A DNA stretch of 61,530 nt, filler included, from Sphacelaria rigidula (Eukaryota), in NCBI GenBank assembly GCA_964200075.2. It is 4 parts of 4 records of this genome, joined end to end, with 100 filler letters (N's around TTAATTAATTAA, not from the genome) between each part and the next. Parts side by side here need not be neighbours in the genome. Positions count along the whole stretch, not along the records: positions 15,410 to 30,717 come from CAXNAA020001805.1; positions 30,818 to 46,124 come from CAXNAA020001806.1; 2 more parts are not named here. The stretch is one strand, 5' to 3'. Positions 22,337 to 33,800 of this stretch are shown one piece after another. Under the pieces are notes generated by a model, which ran no database searches, had not been told where the DNA came from, and was given only the letters and a program-made list of their open reading frames with translations. How positions within the stretch are numbered: the stretch's first letter is position 1; every line of letters begins with the position of its first letter. The position numbers and the translations under genes were made by a program.

Positions 22337-22552
22337 CTCGAGAAGGCTGAACCACTCAGTCGAGTCCAGATCCTGAGCCTCGATGCACATCTCCTCGGTT
22401 CCCTCGGTGTTGACTGTGAAGTACGCCAACCGATTGGAGTTTCCGCTGGACGTATATTCAACTTCACTATCAACCGTGCCGGTGCTCTTGAGGAGGAAAG
22501 TTCTCTGCCGCTCTAAGCCCTTGTAGAAGGCGATCCTTACCCACTTGATATC
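22337..22552 (-). CDS. Exon of discoidin/F5-8 type C (CBM32-like) domain gene
   Basis: cag|GAT...GAG|gt, 216 nt, stop-free. Encodes DIKWVRIAFYKGLERQRTFLLKSTGTVDSEVEYTSSGNSNRLAYFTVNTEGTEEMCIEAQDLDSTEWFSLLE, with IAFYKG..R, TSSG and W.S..EV motifs. Not present in the ORF track. Confidence 0.82.
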
Positions 22553-23112
22553 CTGATTAGGCGTTGTTGTTGCAGAGCCGAAGAATATGGAGATGCGAGA
22601 GGTTGAAATACGCTGTTTCCGTGAGCAATAACAAATATCAACGCTGCATTTTGTGTGGCACGGGAGTAGGTTCGGTAGGATACATATGTTACAGAACTCT
22701 CGGTTACCCCTATCAAAGAATTACACAGAACTGCGATCGAATACCCGGAAAAATACCGCGGGTGTACAAAAATCGTTATCCTACAAGCATTGGGACATGA
22801 CCACCATCAAAGTCGATGACCTGCACCTTGCTTCTTGATTCCGCTCGTGGCGGAAATGAAACGACTCCACTTGAGCCACCACTCGAGTCCTAGGGGTTAT
22901 ATTATACTTGTGCGGAAAATACATGAAAAAGGCTGATGATCGAATCGCAGGAAACCTATACTACACTGGGAGCTGAAAAAGTCCCGGCGTGCAATCTTTG
23001 CGACTACCTCGACCCATACGTATTACCGAACGATGCTCCTGCCCTGCTGTAACGCTGTAGTACGGGCGATCGGCACCTGTCAAACAACTCTAGAAAAATA
23101 ATAGGCTCATAC

Positions 23113-23327
23113 CTGGGGCTCGCTGAACGTGTAGCAAATTTCGCACGGCAAGTCGTCATCACTGAGATCTTGGGTACAGGCCCAGCGATCTGCGGGCAAA
23201 CGGCTTTCGTCGCGAGTGTTCTCGCAAGTGCACCCGCCCACACCGCAGTCGTCTTCTGTCGGATCGAAGGCGGTGCAACTTGAGACGGTGACGGTAGTCT
23301 TCGTATCAGCATCCACATACCGGATCG
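23113..23327 (-). CDS. Exon of discoidin/F5-8 type C (CBM32-like) domain gene
   Basis: cag|CG ATC...CAG|gtatga, 215 nt. Encodes IRYVDADTKTTVTVSSCTAFDPTEDDCGVGGCTCENTRDESRLPADRWACTQDLSDDDLPCEICYTFSEPQ, with NTRD...RW.C and I.Y.F.EPQD motifs. Joins the next exon in frame. Confidence 0.82.
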
Positions 23328-24253
23328 CTGAAGATATTGGGGGTACGGATTGCAGTTGATACGGCCATCGTTCAGTCAGGTCGGTTGGGAAGACAGACAG
23401 CACCTGGATATTTTTCCGGGGTGAAACAGGCACCTGTATGCTTGCTGCAGGCGGACTCCGTCCGAAGATACAATGCATTCTTCAAAAGGTTGGCAGGGGG
23501 GGTGCGTCCGGCCGAAATAAGCAAAAACAAGATAATGTCGTGAGTTCAGGAACAAAATGAAAACCTGCAGCTGCTCACGGGATGTATCATTTCCTTGGGT
23601 GCAGAAGGTCTTCGTGAAATTACCGCTCAAGAGCCGTCGAATCGGGCCGTGCGTGCAACGTTTTGCGTGACGCTGCTGCACCCCTATAATTCAAGTGATG
23701 AGAAACTCCAATTATGGACGTCATGAGTTCGAATCCCGACATGTTCTCTTTTGTGTTTCATCCGTCGTTAAGGTTATATATTATGCAGTACACTTTTTTC
23801 AATTTTTCTTCATTCAGCGGCGGTGCCGTGTATTACCAGGTTGGTCTGCCGCAGCGATATGCTCAAGTCGCGCTGAGTTGGGAAAGTTCAGAAGTCGTGG
23901 TGTGGAAAGCGAATGCAGGATTCACTCCTGGCCCAGCTCGTAAGCTGTTCTGTTTTTCACCCTGCCCGTCGGACGCAAATAACTATAAAATTGTCACGAA
24001 GCCATCTGAGAACATATATGCCGTGGACGTATGAGATACGAGCCAAATACGATCAATTCGATTCGACCGGATGTTTTCGACTCGAAAACAAAATGATCAG
24101 ACACGGCCTGGAAGTGAGAGACCCTGTGGCGACCGCAAACAAGGTATAGAACTCTCTTGTGACCCTCTGACGACACTCTACAAGGTATATAGTAGGACCC
24201 CCTGTGGCGACCCTCTACACACGTACCCTTTACAACGGTCCGCCTTCATGTAC

Positions 24254-24278
24254 CCTGCGGCGAGAGCAAAATCTCCAC
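24254..24278 (-). CDS. Candidate 25-nt microexon of the same gene
   Basis: cag|GTG GAG ATT TTG CTC TCG CCG CAG G|gtacat = VEILLSPQ. The phase-1 end fits the next exon, and it parallels the terminal VEF exon. Confidence 0.5.
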
Positions 24279-24592
24279 CTGTGAGGCTCCTGCGTGCGAC
24301 CCCATGTTTCTGGCAATCCGGTACCACAGGTAGGCTTTTACTTGTTATGCTGGCATACGTTCTGGCATATTCCACCTTGGTAGCATAAATAACATGGAGT
24401 TTCAGCAAGTTGTATCAACAGCATATATATGGCGTTTCGGCAAGTAGCATAATCGAGCATTTTATTTCACTTTAGGGGTCGGCATACTGGTCTAAATGTT
24501 GGCCTGCTGAAATTGTTTGGGCGAAACCTCTGCTATTATTGACCGCGGGTCTGAAATACGTGTATGCTCTTGAAGCAGTCATGAACTGATAC

Positions 24593-25855
24593 CAGGGTTG
24601 CACCTCGGATATCGATAATTGATACAATTTCGATAATTATCGGCGATATGCCATATCGGTATCGGAGCGTAGAAAACCGATACATGTGATATGTATCAAT
24701 ATCGAATATCGATACGCTCGATATTTTTGTTCATTTTTCGTCACATTAGCTCAATTCCCGCAGTGTTCACGGGTTGCACTGGCGAGTTCAGCTGTAGAGC
24801 GGTTGCACGGTGTACAAATGGATGCAATATATATATTCGTAGGATAGGAGTCGACAGAGTAACCGCTGGTGCCTCGTGGGTTTAGGGTATAGTGATGTGA
24901 TTCAGCGGGGGTGTTTCGTGGCGGAATAGATACGAGGTCACGATCAATGCAAAGCTGCAGATAACACTAGAAAACAGCTATCCTTCGGAGTATGAGGAAA
25001 CGGTACTGTCGCTTCGCCTTTCCTTCATGTTTGACGAGTGTTGGATTTATTTTTCCCTCCATCCACTAGTCTGGACATTCTGATTGTTGCAAACTTAATG
25101 TTTTTTTCTTCTTGGTTGGTGACACACAAATTTATATTTTGGCATCAAAAAATGAAAAATTGACGCGTGTTGCCGACGTTTCCTGTCATTTGTAGTGAAG
25201 AATGTTGGGAAAAAGAGCTCGCATTTGAGTTTGTTCATCTCCAAGGTTTGAGACCTTTTTCTTTTCTAATGATTGTGCAGAGTCGAGATATGCGCTCATT
25301 CGATCGAAACACACGGAATTGTGACGGTAGAAATGAAAACAATAGTATAACCAATACTAGACCCGGCCCGCTGTGGTCAACTACGTCTTGCACCACGACG
25401 AAAGATATCCGCACGACAGCTGTATCACCGCTGCTGTACATCATGTGTGCACTGCTGTCCACTAGAAACTACCGTAGGTTGTTCGAAATACCACACCCTC
25501 AGGAGCGATTTTCAAAGCTAGATTACTTCCTCTCGAAGAAGTGATTGCAACGCTGCCCAGTTCAGCCCTGGCATCGCTTCTGGTAAGGAGTAAGGGAGCT
25601 TTGAAACTCTGTCTAGGAGATGTGGTATCTAAAGCGACTTACCATCATAGTGATTGAGAGTGTCAGTGTGCTAGTGTACTGCTCGGTCTTGAACACTGCG
25701 GCCATACTAAAACAGCCGTATCGTATCGGATATCCATACTCGATACACATCGTGTCATTTTCGGAATATCAACAAAAATATCGGTATCGGCGGCTGTGGT
25801 TCGATATTCTAAAAATATTTATCGAACTTTATTCTCGGCCCGATATGCAACCCTG
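24593..25855. mobile_element. Non-autonomous hAT-type element (1263 bp)
   Basis: TIRs CAGGGTTGCA / TGCAACCCTG with an 8-bp TSD ACTGATAC / ACTGACAC (1 mismatch). Dense subterminal CGATA/TATCG repeats at both ends. Confidence 0.8.
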
Positions 25856-27120
25856 ACTGACACTGATGACAGTATAACAAAACTGCCAGTCTGATTGTGA
25901 TCGACAAGTCTGTGTCCGGTCGAAAATGGCATCCTTGTTGAATATCATTACAAGCATAATCGATCGAGCATGAATTTCACATTGCAGGCTGCGAGCATAC
26001 ATCGAGCCTTTTTTTTTAGAATGAGAGAATAAATCGAGCACAAGATTTCGGTGAAATACCAAATACTAGCATAATAAGTGAAAGCCTAACCACAGGGCCA
26101 ATCTCCAACGTCATTTTTGACAAGTTTGTTTCTATGTGGATGGATTTTCTTCATTTCCTTTTCCTTCGCGCGAAATTGAACCGCGTTGTCTACTGCTGTG
26201 CTGCAGATGTGAGTAGATTCTCGCAAAATTGCCAACTACATGCGTGCGTTGTTGGGCCGAAGAATACTAGTTATTTCTGGTGTTGTCGAGATCGGTCTCT
26301 TGGCAAGGATACCCGTTTGTCCTCACGAATACAATAATTATCAGAAGAAGCGGCGCTACTGCAGCACACATGTATGTCTTGTTGCAGCCTGTAAAATCGT
26401 GGGTTCGATACGCATTGTGGGCTATGTAATAACAAAAGAACAAGGAACCCTACCTATACAGAGTAACCCGAGGGCCATAGCACAATAGGTCCAACCATGC
26501 AACTGAAGACGACTGCGACTCAAGAATTATTACCGCCCTCCCACCCCCTGCTCCCTCAAGCCCCTCGGGAACAGTAAGACCCTCGGCAAAAATGTTGCTT
26601 TGTTTATCTACCATTTTACAAAGGTGGGTCAGGAGTAGATCCCGCATTCGCTTCCCACACCATAACTTCTCAACTTGCCCAAATCAGCGCGTATTGAGCA
26701 TATCGCTGCGACAGACCAACCTGGCAACACATAGCACCGCCGCTGATTGAAGAAAAACATGTAGACTCGAACTGTGTGCGTATGTGCGTGTGTGCTTGCG
26801 CGTGTGTTTTGTGTTTTGTGTTGTCATCCCATATAATATCCTTTACGTGGGCGAAATTACGTGTCATTGAGTGCAGGTGGCATAAGGACAACATGCAAAT
26901 AAATGATGACCACTTCCAAGCTTGCCACTTCCACCATCTGCACGCAGGCTAGATGGCCTTGGATGTATAAACCCCCTAATTTTTTTCATGCGACTATATG
27001 CATGGTGGGACTCTGAAAACTGATTTTTCTGAAAAAAATCACTTGAGAAAAGTCGTTCGCCCAAACGTTTTTCAGTGACTTTTTTTCAGTCTCTAAAGCC
27101 GTGTCTTTCAAGCACATAAT

Positions 27121-27257
27121 TTTTCGATCGAAAAAGTGCGGTGGAAAACAAAAATTCCTACGGTATCTGATAGGTCGTGATTTCAACCATTTTCGAAATA
27201 AACCACGATAGTTGAAATCACGACTTATCAGATCGGAGTTTTCCTTTTCCACCGCAC
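27121..27257. repeat. Long palindromic (hairpin) repeat; second copy at 29259-29403
   Basis: GTGCGGTGGAAAA...ATCTGATAGGTCGTGATTTCAAC / GTTGAAATCACGACTTATCAGAT...TTTTCCACCGCAC. Confidence 0.8.
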
Positions 27258-28278
27258 ATTTGGGGTGGAAAAATAACCTGCTAAGGCACGTCCTAGCAAG
27301 CGGCCTCGACCATTTTGAACCAACCCCCCACTAACACGGGGTGGACCGCGTGTTAGTAAAATATTAAAAATAATTCAATGAGCAACCTGCCCAATCACAG
27401 CGAGTCGAATCTCATCGACCAGACGCGAACGACCAGCGCGGGGATTGTTTCCGAGTTTGATGTTTCACTGCCAAGACCGTGTGGAGGTCTTGTCCCTAGC
27501 CCAGATAAAACGCCTTCCGAGGTATGCAAAGCCCGGATGCTCGGGGAACGATTTCTCGTTTACTTGCATTCAGTATATCGCTCCCGTAATTCCCCGGGTG
27601 GTTTTTGGAGTCGCCAGCCTATACTAAAACGTAGTTATTACACTACAAATAATTGGGGGGGGGGGGGGGAAGCGTACATGCTACAATGTGGTCATTTTCA
27701 CGAGGCTAAACCCAGCTGGACCGTGGAAGGAGAGAAGAAGCTACAGTCATGAGTTTCGCCTATCCCTCCGCCGATGCCTTGCAGAAGACAGTAAACACAT
27801 TTATATAGTGGGTGGGGACGAAGAAGCGTCATGTAGGCGGCTGCTTTTGGTAGCTGAGAACTGCCCAGAACGTGCAGGGGAGTATGCAGCGGCAGCTGCT
27901 GCTGATGCAGTCGGAGAGGCGTACTGCACTGTACTGCGTTGTATATATATATACATGTGCGCTGCAACGCTCATACCCTCAGAGAGTTTGCCGCTTGCAA
28001 CAAAGAAAGGGAGAAATCGCGACCCATCCCGACCACGACGGGCTGTGTGGCAAGGTGATGGGGACAATAATATCATCCAAAGCCACAAGTGGCGCTGGCG
28101 GCCCGCCGGTCGCCGCACCCTGTTGAAAGCTCTCTACGTCGACCCATACTGCTTGCTGTTACATCAGATGTGCATTAATTACCCACGAGTAGTGACCACC
28201 CCACCTGAAATACAGTTTGTATCTGCACATATCTGCACCTGAAAGTAGATTGAGTGCAACTTTCGGTCTTCCTCCTAA

Positions 28279-29443
28279 CCCTGTGGTTACATCCGTGGAT
28301 TTTCAGCAACATGAAGGCACTGTTTCGTGCAGACGCCAGACGCGTTATTCCTAACTAGCATCATTAGCCGTTCTGGAGGCCTGGTCCCCAAAGGGTCAAC
28401 CCTTGGACAGCGAGAGTAGGTCATCCGTTGAATCGGCATAAATTTCGCATGAAAAAAGTGTAAATAGTCCAGATGTACTGAGTTCGCGGTCTAGGGGTTA
28501 ACCCTTTGACCGCGAGGTTAGTCTTCTGTTGAATCGACATCAATTTCAAGTGAAGAAAGTATGCATGATCCAGGAAGACTAATCTCGCGGTCTAAGGGTT
28601 AAGCCTTTGACCGCGTGCAGGTAGCCCATCTGGATCATACATTCTTTCTTCAAGTGAACTTGATGCCGATTCAACAGATGATGACCCCCTCTCGTAGTCT
28701 AAGGGTTGACCCACCAGTATCCGTGATCATCCAGATTAGCTACCAGCATCGCGGTATGGGGGTTTAACCCTTTTGGAGGAACCCTCTCCTCCTGTCGCCA
28801 GGTTAAACGCCTCATTATGAGAAGCCATGGCAAAGAGGAAAAACGAAGGCAGGAAATGCCGACGGCAACCATTTTATTATGGAAGACCGAAGAAAAATCC
28901 AGTAGCACACGCGGCGGATGCAGGAAAAATGTCCTCCCCAGAGAGGTCGGGTGAGGTTTGTTCAATCATACGACGCAGCGGATGAGGTGTGTCTAATTGT
29001 ATCCATCGACAATAACCAGCAAAAACACTATGAAATATTTCATTCAAAAAACAGCAATGAGTTTCAGGGTGTGGTACGGCACATTGGTAAATAGGGAACC
29101 TTCTTTTGTTCCACTTGTCACTCGTACGGGTCTGAAAAATACGCATAGGGTGAATGTTGTTGCGTCGGAGCTGTAAACCATCAACCATATCTTGCTCGAA
29201 AACCGTCAATTGCAAATGATCAATTTTCCTTTGTGAGCCCCTGTCTTAGCACATCAGGTTTCGATCGACAAAGTGCAGTGGAAAACAAAAATCCTGATCT
29301 GGTAGGTCGTAATTTCAACCATCGTCGAAAATTTGAAGATGGTTGAAATCACGACCCATCAGATCAGGATTTTTGTTTTCCACCGCACTTTTTCGATCGA
29401 AAACTGATGAGTTATGACAGCGCCTGAGTTGCAAAAGGGTTAA
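28279..29443. mobile_element. Tandem train of TTAA-delimited piggyBac-like non-autonomous elements
   Basis: Units 28279-28395, 28400-28497, 28502-28598, 28603-28705, 28710-28763 and 28768-29439 are mostly bounded by CCC...GGG and separated by a single TTAA or variant (TCAA, TTAA, TTAA, TTGA, TTAA, TTAA). Confidence 0.8.
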
Positions 29444-30717
29444 ACCACTGAAACATGTTAGTGACGGCGAGCTACAAATAAATGGCCCCTTCGTGCCAGC
29501 CATGATCATTAGCGGGAATCCGATCCCAAGGGCGAGTATGGGTAGTCATTGAATATAAACGACGCGCACATGAATGAAGACCTATCCTGATCCTGATCCT
29601 TCTATCGGCACCCGGGTTCTTTTCCGCCGCACTTTTTCCATAAAAAAATAATTTGATGAGACAGGCTACGTGTCTTATCGAGAGTCTGATCGAGACCTGA
29701 AAAAAACCCGTAGAGAACGACGCAAAGATCCAAGTCTTGCAGCAGCATGCTGATCACCACAGACCCGCACAGCTGTCAATCAACGCGCTGCTTTTGGGCG
29801 CTTGTTTGTTATTTTTCTTCATTTTTTGGTCTCGATAAGACAGAACCTTATTCGTTGTTCTCATATCCTTGTTCCGGACAAGCGCCTCGATGCACTCTCG
29901 CTTAGAATTCGCCTCCGTGTATTTTATTTCCACAAAATCTGTACGCGTCTTTCTTGTCGGCGTTGTACTTGTGTCAGTTCATGCATCACGTGAAATTGGC
30001 ACTCGACCGGCGTCCTTCCCGAAAAATGGGAACGAGATTCTGCATGAGAACAAGGAGGCCGTATCGTATAATACATGGATGATAATGAACCTAGTAGTAG
30101 CGTTAAACATGCGCTGAAGACAACAAACCTTTGGCAGGTACTGAGTTCAATATCCTGTCAATTGCGATTCCTCTTTGTTTCCACAGGAAGAATTCACGAC
30201 CGTGAGGGTAGTCCACCTGGATAATACATTCTTTTTTCAAGTGGAATTGATGCCGACTCAGCAGATGCCGACTTAGTAGATGACGTACACTCTTGCCGTC
30301 TATATTAGTCAGCATCAGAAGTTTTCTGAATTCGTAGTTGTCCTTTTTTCTGAGTTTCTCTGGAGCACCGTTCTTCACTACTACTTAGAAGTGCTAGCGC
30401 CGGTAGATTTAGGGGAAAAGCGTAGGCCGCGCTCAAACTGCAGTGCTCACATTGGTGTTTTTGGGGCGATACGGACTTGATACCCCGTTTATCAGGAGGG
30501 TGTTATGGACCGTTTTTGGCCCAATATAAGCAGTTTTCCCGCTCTTCAGCGAGATCGTGTCTCCGTCCTATACTGCACAGACCTCAGTCTAGCATTTTCT
30601 GCGGATGGCCTATATATATTTTTTTTTCGCCTGACATTTTCCATGAGCACTCGAAAGTGCTAGCGTCGATAGTTTTGGCAAAATAAGCAAACCGTGCTCA
30701 AATGACAATCGCTCAAG

Positions 30718-30817
30718 NNNNNNNNNNNNNNNNNNNNNNNNNNNNNNNNNNNNNNNNNNNNTTAATTAATTAANNNNNNNNNNNNNNNNNNNNNNNNNNN
30801 NNNNNNNNNNNNNNNNN
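30718..30817. other. Assembly gap with six-frame stop linker
   Basis: 100 nt of N with an embedded TTAATTAATTAA. Confidence 0.98.
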
Positions 30818-30876
30818 CGAAGATTTTGCCTCCCAAAACCATGCACTTTTTTGCGGGGGCTATCGTAGAAAGTGTC
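30818..30876. mobile_element. End of a MITE of the 10203-10451 family, truncated by the gap
   Basis: GAAGATTTTGCCTCCCAAAACCATGCACTTTT...GGGGGCTATCGTAGAAAGTGTC is the reverse complement of 10203-10262. Confidence 0.8.
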
Positions 30877-33800
30877 GTACAGCATTGGTTTTTGTCCAGA
30901 CAGCGGAAAGTATTGAGGCTCGCTCTCGCTCGCCCCTCGCTTCTCACTCTCCCCAGCAACCCAGTTTTGCTTCCACAGCTCTCTCTTGCAAAAGAGGCTA
31001 TTTAATATTTTAGGCCAGAAGCGCCGAACTACACTATCTTGATTTTACTACACTGGCTGCTCGCAAGTAGCTCTACCGCTTCAGTGCAAGCCTCTGCTTA
31101 ACTGTCCAGTGAGACAGTGCCGTGTCAAGGAATGATTTCCAACACAGTACAGTATCCTAAGGCGTGATGAAGTAGATTTCGTACAGCAAGGCAACCCTGG
31201 TGGTTTCGGCCACGAAGACACCAACCGCGGCGTATCCTATGTGCGATAACTCTATGGTATTGCGTATGAGGGAAATGTCCAACTTTGTGCCGTGGATGCA
31301 TGTGTCTCACTGCTGCTGAAACTGCTTAGAAATTCAAGGCGAGCTGAACGTTCGTGCATCGTCTCACCCAAGAAGTCACGATGGATGTCACCGCCGGATC
31401 CTCCCTCATGCCGCCTGTAACTAGCTTTTCAAGAGTACTTTGGCAGTCGTTGAGGAAAGCAATGGGACCCCCGATCATATTCACTTTCTGCAACAAACGC
31501 GGAACGATCATGATCATGCGCAAGCCAGTCATTTGATGAGGCGACGCTGGAACAAATAAATTGTATTCACCGGTATATCATCGCGGCGACTCGACTCTGA
31601 CTGATTACCTTCAACGAGGTATCGAGGATGTGCCAATATTTCCCGTAGTCTGATCGTGCTTCCCCGGATGCCCGTTCCCGTTTGGCCTTTTCGCGAAGTT
31701 CCCTGAAGACCGTGCGAAGTTCCCGAAAGACCGTGCCTCTTGCATAGGCCGTTCGACCTTCCTGTTGGATCGAAGACGAGGCGCGCCGTATTCACATTTG
31801 TCACGGTTCACATCGGGCGAAATTCTGGTATTCCTATACCCACGTCAAAGGAGAGCGTAGCTCGAGGGGTGACGATCAGGTCGGTCTTGTGAAGTTCATC
31901 ATGTACAAAAACACGACGTGATGCGCGATAGCAGAACACCATCGCTTGCCCAGCATAAAATCGGCGGATCGTTCAAATGGAGTGTTGAAGCGAACCTCTG
32001 TCAGGGTGGTCCACGTTTTCGAGTGCAGGCTAGTGGAGTTGTTGCTCAGATCTTGGCCACTCCCACTGTCTACGGTACGGTGTAAAACCGCCGACACAAA
32101 GATCGCTGAAGCGTGTGGAAGTTAGAAATATGAAGTAGTGTGCAGCACGACATTCAAGTCTGGTGCTTTGGGTCTGTTTTGATTTCACAGGTCAGGACTT
32201 ACTTGCAAGTGAACTACTATATCTTCCGCCGACGCATCCCTATCCAGGGCAATGGACGCCGACCCCGCACACCAGGTGATACCCGAGAGTTCCTCGAGAA
32301 CCTCCGCGCGAAATATATCCATCAATTTCGGCGCCGCGGGCTCATCCTGCGATACAATTACGCCAGTAGTAACATAGGCCTCAGTTCTTCAAGGTACAGC
32401 TTGAATGCATGTTCTGGTTAGCTGTCGCTCCGCTACAGCGAAGATCATTCCATCATCTGTTCCAGCGTAGACCCTGGCTACTTGGGACTCAACAAACGAC
32501 GGCACATCTCGGGGTACGGCCTTGCTCTAGAGCAGTTCTTGTGTGGGTCAAGGAAACGAGTACGATGTTCAGAATAGTAACTTGCGATCATCCTGAAATA
32601 TCAGGAGCTACCAATGCAACGACTTTAGCCAAGACCGCGAAAATCCCGATTGCGCAGCTGCTATCATCGGCGGGAAGCTCTCAAAGACCCTATAGGGCAG
32701 AAAGTGAAAGACTCACCTCACCACATGCGACGAGTTGTAGTCGTTTTTTCACCAAGACCTCTTGGCTAGCTGAGTCCTGACCGGGAGACAGCCGTGAAGA
32801 CCCGAATAGAAAATGAGGTGCGTGTGAGCAGTCTAACTCACCCGACGCGACAGCCGTCATTCGTGTTTACGACAACTCGCGACTTGATACCTAGTTATCC
32901 GAGCCTACACCCAAGAACACATGTCAACAACGAGGCACTACTGTCATTCGGTCTGGATGTACTGACCAACTCGGTTAAACGCTCGTCGCATCGGACGTGC
33001 AATTATGAACGGTGATGTCAATTCGTGGAAACGCGTACAAATATTATCTACGGGTCCAAATATGCGACTGCCGTTACGTGTGATGGGAAATCACTCCATG
33101 GGTATACGATAGGTGTAGCTTGCTTGCCTTCGATAGTTGAAGCTGTCCATCGCGCGCATGTCTAGCGGAGGGTCCTAAGCGCGCCGGAGAAACCCAGCAG
33201 CGAGCGAGCACATGACAACGGGTATCAGGAGCTGGGCTAAGGAGATGAAGGTATATTTCGATGGCTCCGGGGGTACGTTCGACATACCTTCATCGAAGGA
33301 TTGGATGCTTTTGAGGGGTACGTCAAAGCTTCCCCGCCTGTAGACCTCTCCTACCATGCGACGTGCAACCAATCTTCGGAAGGAACAGTTTCACCCTTCA
33401 ATATTCCGAATGCTTGTATAGCCGAAAATGCGGATATATTGGCCACGAGGAGGACGCGCCGATGGCTTCACTGCGCCACTCAACGCTTGTTGTCAACAGA
33501 AATTTTACACCATCCTGTACGTACCCTTTTCGGTTCCCGCTGATGTTCGTTATGCTCCTCCCGTGACGGTAGCGACTCAATCCTTTCATCATCACCTTAT
33601 ATGATTTTATTCAGCGACAATCTTCCTAATCTGGAAGCTCTTACCAGCCGTGATGTTATCGGCCTGAGGCTGCGTAGCACCGCACTTTCTTTTCCCCAGG
33701 GTGTCGCTGGAAACCGCAAGTATAACAGTGGCGCGAAGGGGAACGAGGATCAAAGTTTGTCAGTAATGCCACGTCGTCATGTGTGTCCTTCAATTGTGTG

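Noticed and set aside
32203-32390. Minus-strand exon-like stretch ending at a GTAAGT donor (…PKLMDIFRAEVLEEL…VVHLQ)
   Set aside because: There is an in-frame stop just upstream, no recognisable family and no neighbouring exons.
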